A stretch of DNA of 64,000 bases, from positions 62,001-126,000 of the forward strand of contig JASTWF010000436.1 of the NCBI GenBank assembly GCA_030390025.1, given 5' to 3'. Positions 51,168-61,850 of this stretch are shown piece by piece. Source of the stretch: Squalus acanthias (Eukaryota). Position 1 is the first letter of the stretch. Each line of letters begins with the position of its first letter. The position numbers and the translations under genes were made by a program. Below the pieces are notes generated by a model, which saw nothing but the letters and a program-made list of their open reading frames with translations, searched no databases and was not told where the DNA came from.

Positions 51168-52038
51168 CTGCAAGTGCGAGAATGGATAAATAAATCACGA
51201 TTATGGACATCAAAAGCAATCCGATCAAAAAAAAGTGTAATCATTAATGCGGATTTTCCCTCCCCTCAAATCATTCACTCTCTTTGCCACCTCGACGTGG
51301 GAATCCAGAGGATGCCGAACTATTTATCCAAACCACGCCACATCCTTTATTGCCTGTGTAGCCTCAAAGGAAAATACTGGCTCCAACATTGCGATCGGTG
51401 GCGTAGCTCGGAGTACAAACTTACCTTGTGGTAGGCCCAGAACGGAAACTTGCTTTCGGCGCAGCAGAGCTGTGCGCAGCGTATGACATCACAAAGGGCA
51501 GGTGAGCAACGTGCGTAAGGGAAGACACGCCCACAAAAGGTGTAAAGACTAAGCCACGCCCACATAAACTGCTTTCTGCCTCTTCCATTGAAATTACATC
51601 TTAAAAACTTTTAGAAACTTTTCTTTTACTTAAAATGTCACTTGGACTTGTTTCGTTTATCAGCATTTTGCTGTATTTCTTCATCCAAACTCACAATTTA
51701 GTAGGCGCTATTTATACAGCTTCCTGTTCTGATACGCAGTAAAGATCTAACACTGGTATAAGTAATGTTGTTGAACTTCAGATAGAGATTTCCAGCCATA
51801 TATTCAATGTTAACTTTCATGCTTAAAATATATTATTTAGACCTCATTTAGACTGTGAATAGATAAATCCATATTCTTGTTATCGATGCATTATATTGCT
51901 TGTTATGTTGTTCATGTTTTAGCTGAAAGGACAGAATTGTCACTGAAATCTGATAGATGTTCACTTTATTTCAATTTCATATTCACTTTCCAATTAATTA
52001 AAATTAAACACGACCGACAATAAATACACACATATATC

Positions 52039-53493
52039 GTGCCGTATTTTGCGACACCCACGGGTGCGAACGATGTGTGCGCGCGCCCGTAGGGGCAGCG
52101 CAAGTGCCGAATTTAGGCATGCGGGGCACATGCGCTAAAACCCGGCACTTGCGATGTGTCAAGAATCAGATTTTCCGCGTCCTTGGGAGATGGGACTCTG
52201 TGGGCGGAGAGTCGCGCTATTTGCCCAACTTCCACTCGCTGAAAGGCCGTGGAATTCTTACGCCTGGTATAAGCATAAGAGTTTCAAAAAATAGAAAAAT
52301 AAAATGTTATCGCTCACTTATACATTAAAAACCTTGTCCAATAAAGTAAGTTTATTTTTAGCCTCGTTAAAACATATAATTTCTTTTAAAAAAAAATTAA
52401 TTTTTGTTTAAAATATTTAATTATGTGGCATTTTAATTAATTTTATATAAGTATTTTTTTAAAATTATTTCCCGTGTTCGTGTATTTTTTAAGTCATCCC
52501 CATTCATACTTATGACAGTTCAGTAGGTACCGAACTGTTAGAAGTATGAATGAGGATTCCCTTCTTTCATTGGTTGGGATGGCCCACATGATCCCAGGGG
52601 CGCTTGCGAACCGCATGAGCCCCTGGGATACGTTGGCTTCTTCGCATCTCTACCAGGAGAGGCCCAGGATCACAAGCCTCCGTATCTCCTGGACATCCAG
52701 GTAAATGCGTAGAAAAGTTGATGATCGGATGCATCCCGCGCGAAGCCTCCGATCGCAAATTCAGGCCCGACGTCTTTTAAGATGTAAAACAGACTCCTGT
52801 GCCTGCTTTCACTAACCAGAATATTTTCAGATGTAATTGCTGGGCAGTTGGTGGCCAGTAACCGGAGGTCCCGATACTTTCGCTTTTGGGCCTCTCCTCC
52901 ACGAAATGCGCAGTGGCCCAGGTATCCCTGGGGCGCATGCGGTTCGTTAGCGTCACTGGGATCACGAGGGCCATGGCGAACCAATGAAAGAAGAGAATCC
53001 CCCTTCATATTTTTGATAGGTCTCTCCGCCAAGATCTGTCAAAGGTATGAATGGGGATCACCGTAAAAAACATAATAAACATTAAATACATTTTTTTAAA
53101 TCACATATTTAAAATTAGGTAAAGTTGCATTAAATTACATTTTTTGAAAAAAATAATGAAAGTTTTCTACTGGGCTAAAAATAACCTTAACTTTTTAAAA
53201 TTATTTTTAACTTAAAAATGAATGATTTTTTTTATTGTTTTACTATATTAAACTCTTTCGCTGGTAAAAGCAGGTCTTCTGCAGGCGTAAGATGTTTAAA
53301 GGTTTTCAGTGGGCGGAGGTTCTGCAGAAAGCGGATCTCTCCACCCGCAGAGGCCCTTCTCCAGGCCAGGCGCAGGATCTCCAAGAGAATTCTTAACAGA
53401 TCGGAAGTGCCGGTTTTCAGCGCATGCGCTTCGCATGCCTGAAACCGGCACTTGCCAGGCCCCTACGGGTGTGGGGTCGGAAAATACGGCCCA
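52039..53493. mobile_element. Two inverted copies of a ~730-bp non-autonomous DNA transposon
   Basis: Copy 1 52039-52768 has TIRs gtgccgtattttgcga/tcgcaaattcaggccc; copy 2 ~52850-53493 is its diverged reverse complement. Confidence 0.7.
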
Positions 53494-54644
53494 TTGAAAC
53501 TTCTCGCAGTGTGGTATCCTGGTGCTGACGCTTATCAGTTAAGTTTCTGAGTGAGACGTTGTTCTGGTCTAATATGATATCAAAATATTTCAAACTGGAT
53601 TGTAGGGCATCTACACATAGCCCGAGAATCATTCCGCTCCACACCTCGGCAGCGGGATTCATGAAATGTACCAGATTTGCGCTCTATTAAATATTGTACA
53701 TTGTAATTAGTAGAAAGGTAGGTATTCCGATATGAATTGTATAATCACTTTAATCAATTTTCAGCAGTTGGTTCTCTTGCAATGCTGCTGCCAAATCTAA
53801 AAACAACCTGCAATTGTTAAAAGAACCAGTGATGAGACACGGATTGCTGGCGCTGCATCGGCGGTGCACAGGGAGTATATTACACACATATACAGCTTCC
53901 GAGTTTGCTGCAGTGTAATGGCCCACACTGGGGAGTCATTGGCAAACTGTTTTTTCTCATCTACCCTGAAAAGAATAAAAACTGCGAGCTCGGCCTTACC
54001 CGTTCACGGTGGGATTCTAACACTTGGTCGAGGCACAAGGGTTCGGGTTTGACGTTCGGCACTAGTGTAAAAGGAATGATATCGGATGGGCCGCCCGTTA
54101 TACACTCCTACCGAAGCTTCGTTTCATTGAGGCCAAAGATAAACTGACCCCAGGAAGCTGGATTTTATTCTGAATTGGAGTCCCTTTTGTGCTAAAGACT
54201 CGGTAAAATGGAGCAGTAATGGGCTCCGCCTCTACTACCTCCTGTGAGGCAGCTGATAGTCTTTAAATAGTGAAAGCGTGGGTGGAAACCCCGTGCATTG
54301 TGCGGTAGCTTTAACTTTGGACCGCAGTGTAAATTGAGCGATATGGGATTCACCGCCCATTATACGCCAGGCCTGATTTCCCTTTCCATTCAAGTGATGG
54401 AAGTGAAAATAGGGCAGGACCTATAATTAGCGGACAGTTCGATATCACCCATTTTACATTATCACCCAAAGTTAACAGGACTCCCATGGTCCGCAACAAT
54501 TGCCCCAAACGCGATCCCTCTTGTCACCAGCCCCATATAAGGGCGATATTACCTGCAGACTGGTTCCCTGAGGCCATCCCACATTGAGCAGGCCGTTCTG
54601 ATTGCTGCAGCTGTAGTTTGCTGTTACTTTTACCGCCTGTTGAT

Positions 54645-55075
54645 TTTAGCTCTTTTGCTCATGTTGAACCAAGCCTGTAATGAAGTTTGGAACTGATTGG
54701 TCGAGGTGGAACCCAAACTGAGCATGGGTGAGCAGGTTATTGGTGAGTAAGTGCTGCTTGTTAGCACTTTTGACGAAACTTTCCATCACTTTGCTGATGA
54801 TTGAGATTAGACTGAATGGGCGGTAATTGGCCGCATTGGATTGTCCTGCTTTTAGTGGATAGAACATACCCGGGCAGTTTTCCACATTGTCGGGTACATG
54901 CCAGTGATGTAGCTGTACTGGAACTGCTCGGCTAGAGGCACGGCTAGTTCCAGAGCATAGCAGGATAGCGAGATGTTGTCGGGGCCCATAGCCTTTGCTG
55001 TATTCAGTACGCTCAGCTGCTTATTGATATCACGTGGAGTGAATCGAATTCGCTGAAGACTGTCTTCTTTGAAGG
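54645..55075 (-). mobile_element. LINE RT fragment
   Basis: KAMGPDNI, PTMWKTARV, NYRPFSLISIISKVME. Confidence 0.8.
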
Positions 55076-55089
55076 TGCTGCCAAGCGAC

Positions 55090-55850
55090 ACGACGGGCTG
55101 AATCACTTCCCACACACCGCGCACTGCAACGGCTTCTCCCCGGAGTGAGGCACGGTCAAGTGGCAGGCCGGGCTGAATCACTTCCCACACATTCGAACAG
55201 CTTCTCCCCGGAGTGGATTCGCGGGTGCTGCATCAATCAACTGGACGAGTCAAACCACTTGGCGCACACGATGCATTCAAATGTTCTCTCCAGTGTGGGT
55301 TCACTGGTGCAGTGTCAAGTGACTGGATCGGCTAAAGCTCTTGGCGCTCACTGTACATTCGAACGGCTTCTCTCTGGTGTGAGTTCACTGATGATTTATC
55401 AAGTGGCTGGACGGGTCAAATCACTTTCCACACACGGTACATTCGAGCGGCTTCTCTCAGTGTGAACCCACTGATGGGCTGTCAAGTAGTGAGACCGAGT
55501 AAACCACTGGACACACAGGGCACAACCGAACTGCTTCTCTCCTCCGCTGTGGATTCACTGAGGCACCTTCAAGTTACAGGAGGTGAGTCATCTCTTTTTA
55601 CACACTGGACATTGGAATGGTTTCTCTCCGGTGTGAGCTCGGTGCTGCTCTGTCAGCTCTATCATCAGCTTAGACCAGGCGGACAGTCTCTTCTGACACT
55701 TTACTCTGAAATGGTTTCTCTCCGGCGTGAACTCCGATCGGCAGGCCCACCTGAACCCCTTCCACACGCACCGCAGTGAAAGCCGCCTCTTCCTGAAAGG
55801 CAGGCACTCCCTGACTGGCTCTGGGGGTTTCAGATGATCCAGGTTGATCA
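55090..55850 (-). pseudogene. Tandem C2H2 zinc-finger pseudogene fragment
   Basis: Repeated HTGEKPFxCxxC linkers (HRAHTGEKPFQCPVCKK; FECIVCAKWF..HPRIHSGEK) with stops and frameshifts. Confidence 0.85.
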
Positions 55851-55970
55851 TTCATCAACATTGCAGAGGCTCCCAGTGTTTCCACGGTGACCATTTGTCC
55901 CAAAGTATCCGAGCAGGCTCCGCCTACCAAAACTGATCCAAGCAAAAAAATCAGTAAAAATCCTGTGGCT

Positions 55971-57066
55971 CCCGGGAGATACAACAGTCCCCAGTCCCCC
56001 CCACCCCGGGGATACAACAGTCCCCAGTCCCCCGCCCCCCCCCCGGGGATACAACAGACCCCAGTCACCCCCCACAACCCGGGGATACAACAGTCCCCAG
56101 TCCCCCCCCCCAACCCGGAGATACAACAGTCCCCAGTCCCCCCTCCCTCCCCCCGGGATACAACAGTCCCCAGTCCCGCCACCCCTCCCTCCCCCGGGGA
56201 TACAACAGTCCCCAGTCCCCCCCCCCTCCACCCCCCCCGGGGATACAACAGTCCCAGTCCCCCCCCCGGGATACAACAGTCCCCAGTCCCCCCCCCCCGG
56301 GGATACAACAGCCCCCAGTCTCCCCCCCGGGATACAACAGTCCCCAGTCCCGTCCCCCCCCCCCCAACCCCTGGGGATACAACAGCCCCCAGTCCCCCCG
56401 GGGATACAACAGTCCCCAGTCCCCCCTCCCCCCGGGGATACAACAGCCCCCAGTCCCCCCCCCCCCCCCGGGGATACAACAGTCCCCAGTCTCCCCCCCC
56501 CCCTCCCCTGGGGATACAACAGCCCCCAGTCCGTCCACCCACCCCCCCCGGGGATACAACAGTCTCCAGTCCCCCCTAACCCCGGGGATACAACAGCCCC
56601 CAGTCCCCCCGGGGATACAACAGTCCCCAGTCCCCCCCCCCCCCCGGGGATACAACAGTCCCCAGTCCGCCCCCCCCCACCCCGGAGATACAACAGTCCC
56701 CAGTCCCCCCCGGGATACAACAGTCCCCAGTCTCCCCCCCCCACCGGGGATACAACAGTCCCCAGTCTCCCCCCGCCACCGGGGATACAACAGCCCCCAG
56801 TCCCCCCGGGGATACAACAGTCCCCAGTCCCCCCCACCCCCCCGGGGATACAACAGTCCCCAGTCCGCCCCCTCCCACCCCGGAGATACAACAGTCCCCA
56901 GTCCCCCACCCCCCCCCCCCGGGGATACAACAGTCCCCAATCCCACCCCCCGGGGATACAACAGTCCCCAGTCCCCCCCCCCACCCCGGGGATACAACAG
57001 CCCCCAGTCCCCCCCCTACCCCGGGGATACAACAGCCCCCAGTCCCTTCCCCCAGATACAACAGTC
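55971..57066 (+). repeat. C-rich minisatellite, 32 copies of GATACAACAG(T/C)CCCCAGT with variable C-run spacers
   Basis: Manual count of 32 GATACAACAG cores; mean period ~34 bp. Confidence 0.97.
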
Positions 57067-57284
57067 ATGTTTGTACCACACAGAATGGTGTGCAGTGTTC
57101 CTGGAACTAGAGCAGGACATGTGGAGAAAGGTGAGATGGGATAACAGGGGCAGGAAGAGACTCGGGCAGTAGTCCACATGGGGTCAGTGACATGGGGAGA
57201 AATATTATCGGGGCCTGAAAATGCAGTTACCCAAGGATTGTCTCAAAGTTCAAGGATTGGAGAGGCAACGTAATGATCTGTGAT

Positions 57285-59040
57285 ACAACAACAACAACTT
57301 GTATTTATATAGCGCCTTTAACGTAGTAAAACGTCCCAAGGTGCTTCACGGGAGCGATTATCAGACAAAATTTGACACCGAGCCTCATAAGGAGATTTAG
57401 GGCTGATGACCACAAGATTTTAAGGAGCGTCTTAAAGGAGGAAAGAGAGGTCGAGAGGCGGAGAGGTTTAGGGAGGGAATTCTATAGGGCCTTGGCAGCT
57501 GATAGAAGATTAAGGGGTGATTAATTGTGGTGTTTTAAGATTAAAGGATTTGATAGGGTAGATGGAGAGAAACCATTTCCACTGGTTGGGGGGCCGGGGG
57601 CCGGGCTGAGTCTAGAACAAGGGGCAAAATCTTAAAGTTAGAGTTCGGATGTTCAGGGCTGATGTCAGAAAGCACCTCTTCACACAAACGGCAGTGGAAA
57701 TCTGGAACACTCCCCCAGATAGTTGTTGAGGCTGGGGGAGAATTGAAAATTTCAAAACTGAGATTAATAGATTTTTGTTAGGCAAGGGTATCAAGGGTTA
57801 AAGAGCCAAGGCGGGCAGATGGAGTTAAGATACAGATCAGCCATGATCGAATTGAATGGTGGAACAGGATCGAAGGTTTAAATAAATATTAGGTTTGAAG
57901 GTTTGAAGGGCCTACTCCTGTTCCTCTGCTCCTAGAGGGGATACACAAGAGGCCAAAATCAGAGGAACAGAGAGTTGCCGGGGGGCGGGTGGGGGCAGTA
58001 GGTGGTTGCAGTAGATCGAGAGGGCCAAGGACACAAAGTGATTTAAACATGAAGATGAGAATTTTAAATTTGAGGTATTGGGGGACCAGGGATCAATGCA
58101 GGTCAGTAAGGACAGGACTGATGGGTGAGCGGGACAAGATCCAGGCAGCAGGGTTTTGGATGAACTGAAGTTTATGGAGGACGAGGCCAGATAAGACGAC
58201 ATTGGAATAGTCGAGTCTGGAGGTGACAATGGCGTTGGTGGTTTCAGCAGATGGGCTGAGCGAAGGGTGAAGGCATTCCAGTGTTACAGAGGTGGAAGTA
58301 GGATGAAGACATTCCAGTGTTACAGAGGTGGAAGTAGGATGAAGACATTCCAGTGTTACAGAGGTGGAAGTAGGGTGAAGACATTCCAGTGTTACAGAGG
58401 TGGAAGTAGGGTGAAGACATTCCAGTGTTACAGAGGTGGAAGTAGGGTGAAGACATTCCAGTGTTACAGAGGTGGAAGTAGGGTGAAGACATTCCAGTGT
58501 TACAGAGGTGGAAGTAGGGTGAAGACATTCCAGTGTTACAGAGTTGGAAGTAGGGTGAAGACATTCCAGTGTTACAGAGGTGGAAGTAGGGTGAAGACAT
58601 TCCAGTGTTACAGAGGAGGAAGTAGGGTGAAGACATTCCAGTGTTACAGAGGTGGAAGTAGGGTGAAGACATTCCAGTGTTACAGAGGTGGAAGTAGGGT
58701 GAAGACATTCCAGTGTTACAGAGGTGGAAGTAGGGTGAAGACATTCCAGTGTTACAGAGGTGGAAGTAGGGTGAAGACATTCCAGTGTTACAGAGGTGGA
58801 AGTAGGTGGGCTTTGTGGCGGGAGAGGAAACTCAGCTCGGGATCGAATAAGACGCCGAGGGTGAGAACAGTCGGATTCGTCCTGAGACAATGTCCGGGGA
58901 ATCGGTGGTGAGGGCCAAGGATGATGGATTTGGCCTTCCCAGTGCTTAACTGGAGGAAATTGTGGCTCACCCAAGACTGGATCTTGGACAATCAGTCTGA
59001 CAACACAGAGGCAGTGGAAGGGTCGAGAGTGTTGGTGGAG
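57285..59040 (-). mobile_element. L2 LINE 3' part, interrupted by a CR1 fragment (~57500-57920) and a minisatellite
   Basis: SKIQSWVSHNFLQLSTGK, LGVLFDPELSF, VTSRLDYSN; tail aaaggcgctatataaatacaag(ttg)n. Confidence 0.85.
58267..58806 (+). repeat. 36-bp minisatellite, ~15 near-identical units
   Basis: Unit gtgaagacattccagtgttacagaggtggaagtagg. Confidence 0.97.
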
Positions 59041-59149
59041 AGGTGGAGCTATCTGGTTTCCTGAGCAAGGAATCCCCTACAATTACAATCTCTCTGTGTC
59101 TTGCAGACTACATCTTCATCCAAACTATCTTCTCTGGATTTCTAGCTGC

Positions 59150-59598
59150 CTCTTCTTCCTTGACCTCCGAGTCAGAAGATTATGGGTTCAAGTCCTACTC
59201 CAGAGACTTGAGCACAAAATCTAGGCTGACTCTCCAGTGCAGTACGGAGGGAGTGCTGCACTGTCAGAGGTGCTGTCTTTCAGATAAGTCGTTAAACCGA
59301 GGACCCATCTGCCCTCTCAGGTGGACGTAAAATATCCCGTGGCATTATTCAAAGTGGAACAGGGGAATTCTCCCCGGTGTCCTAGCCAACATTTATCCCT
59401 CAACCAACATCAGTAAACAGATGATCTGGTTGTTGTCACATTGCTGTTTGCGGGTTTTGCTGTATGTAAATTGGCTGCCGTGTTTCCAACATTACAAAAT
59501 GACTACACTTCAAAAGTATTTCATTGGCTGTAAAGCGCTCAGGGGCATCCGGAGGTCGTGAAAGGCAGTTTATAAATACAAGTTCTTTCTTTCTTTCT
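59150..59598 (+). mobile_element. DeuSINE (SacSINE1/AmnSINE1-like), near full-length
   Basis: B box gggttcaagtcc ~59184; Deu domain gtgctgcactgtcagaggtgctgtctttcagat; tail ending (ttct)n. Confidence 0.8.
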
Positions 59599-60050
59599 TA
59601 TATCCATCTGCTTTATTGTCACTGCCTGAAACCTTTAGCCAATGTTATATCCTGGGCCATTTCAGAGGCTGTTAATGTAAAACCTTGACCAGTGACACCG
59701 GCTTCCTCACCTTTTTATCTGTTTTTTCCACCGTGCTCCATTCAAGACCCCACTTTCTTGGTTTCCCTCAACACCTGCCTCAGTTTCACAGCCTCTCTGT
59801 CCTTGGTTGTCCCGTCCTCCAGCTCTGAACCCTGACCATTCGCTCTCGGGGTATAGAACCAGCCCGGCCACTTCACTGACGTGGCCTCTCTACTCCCATC
59901 GTGTCAATCACAGATAAGGCCATCTCTGATCACTTCTTTGTATCCTCTCCACTCCCATCCCTCCTTCCAATCCCACTTCCTTCTGTGATAAAAACAGAAA
60001 ATGCTGGAAATACTCAGCAGGTCAGGCAGCATCTGTGGAGAGAGAAACAG

Positions 60051-60087
60051 AGTTAACGTTTCAGGTCGATGACCCTTCGTCAGAACT
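60051..60087 (-). ncRNA. Minimal type I hammerhead ribozyme in a solo Penelope terminal fragment (~59988-60087)
   Basis: agtt-CUGACGA-ag-ggtc-atc-gacc-t-GAAAC-GUU-aact. Confidence 0.75.
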
Positions 60088-60274
60088 CCCTCTGTGCCTG
60101 TCCCTGGAAAAAACCCTCCCAAGTCACTGACAGCCGCAATTCCAAACTTCCAACTGTCTGGACTTTGGCCCTCCATTCACCGTGATATTTCTGCTGCTAC
60201 CGATCTGCGCAATAACACCCTCACCTCCACCTTTGATGCCCTTGTCCCCACTGAAACCATTACTCTCTCTCACA

Positions 60275-60452
60275 CAATGTTCCCTGTAATTTTTTTCCCC
60301 TTTTAATTGGCTGTGCGGCTCATTCAGATTTTCAGGCAATCGCGGTTTCCCCGGTGTAAAAGCCGGTGAGTGGCCTGCGCAGTTTCCCCGGTGAGCGCCC
60401 TGCGCCCGACCTCCAGACCGGTGAGCGGCCGTGCAGTTTAACGCAAACGTTG
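60275..60452. mobile_element. hAT-like MITE inserted in L2
   Basis: Imperfect TIRs caatgttccc/gcaaacgttg; 8-bp flanks ctctcaca / cgctcact match at 6 of 8. Confidence 0.45.
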
Positions 60453-61535
60453 CGCTCACTCTGGCCGTTCCCCCGGTACGGCTCTCGTCTCTACTTCCTT
60501 AAGGCCAGGGGATGCAGGGTTGAATTTTTATGGTGAACAGCTGGTTTAGTCATTCAGCACCAGATCTGGCTGGACCACATGAAGCACTATCGGCTCCTGC
60601 TCTCCTCTACCAAAACTGCTCACTATTCCAGGATCATCCGGGAATGCCAATTTAACCCCTGGCTTTTCTTCTCCACTACAAACCGTCTTCTTAAACTCAT
60701 CTCCCCAGCCTCCTCCACCCTCACCTCCAACAACAAGTACGAGGAACTCATGGATTTCTTTGTTACTAAGATTGAGACCATCCGTTCAGCTGCCTCTGCC
60801 GCTTCCCTCCCTCCCCCCAGCCCACCAAGCCAAACTTTCCCTACGGTTCCCCCCAGCCCTAGCCCTGAACTCGCATCTTTATCGAGTTTCTCTCCTAACT
60901 TCCCTCACGGCCTCAATGAGCTCATCTTGTCCACGAGACCCACCTCCCGCTTCCTCGACCCTATTCCCACCAAACTGCTGACCATCCAACTTCCCTTCCT
61001 GGCCCCCAGCTTATATTGTAAACGGTTCCCTCTCCGCAGGTACTGTCCCCCTCCTCTTCAAATCTGCCGTCATCACCACCCTCCTCAAAAAACCCACCCT
61101 TGACCCCTCTGTCCTTGCAAACTACCACCCCATCTCCAAACTCCCTTTCCTCTCCAAAGTCCTTGAACGTGTTGTCGCCTCCCAAATCAGTGCCCATCTT
61201 TCCTGCAACTCCACGTTTGAATCTCTCCAATCAGGTTTCCGCCCCAGCTACAGCACTGAAATGGCCCTTGTCAAAGTCACAAATGACATCCTAAATAACT
61301 GTGATGAACTATCCCTCCTTGTTCTTCTCGACCTGCCTGTTGCCTTTGACACAGTTGCCAACACCATCCTCCTCCAATGCCTCTCCTCCGTTGTCCAGCT
61401 GCGTGGGACTGCCCTCGCCTGGTTCCATTCTTATCTACGATAGCAAAATACTGCGGATGCTGGAAATCCGAAATAACAACAGAAAACGCTGGAAAAACTC
61501 AGCAGGCCAGGCAGCATCCGTGGAGAGAGAAAGAG

Positions 61536-61572
61536 AGTTAACGTTTCAGGTCGATGACCTTTCATCAGAACT
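61536..61572 (-). ncRNA. Minimal type I hammerhead ribozyme in the PLE 3' pseudo-LTR
   Basis: agtt-CUGAUGA-a-aggtc-atc-gacct-GAAAC-GUU-aact, in the element's sense orientation. Confidence 0.8.
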
Positions 61573-61850
61573 GGGAAGAGCCGGAAATCAAATAGATTTA
61601 AGGCCAGGGTAAAGCTGGGAAAAGGGGGAGGGGATAAAGGAACAAAGGGGGAGATGAAGAGACATTAAGAGACATTAAGAGATATGCAAGGCTAGAGGTG
61701 GTGTTAATGTGACAGACTAAGGCTGAATGAAGTGTGAAATCCACTGGCAGAATGAAGGACAGCTGCCAGCTTCTAGGAGGAAAAAAAAAGGTGGGGGGGG
61801 ACAAATAAAAGGGTGGATAAAATAAAATATAAATGTGATTGGAGCTGAGG

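Noticed and set aside
55971-57066. CRISPR-like repeat/spacer appearance
   Set aside because: Eukaryotic context; the spacers are short C-runs rather than unique sequences; no cas genes.
55670-57179. Long Gly/Pro-rich ORFs (290-443 aa)
   Set aside because: They are translations of the minisatellite and are open in several frames on both strands.
58093-58974. Repetitive ORFs (TSVTLECLHP / KTFQCYRGGSRV)
   Set aside because: Artefact of a stop-free 36-bp unit inside L2.
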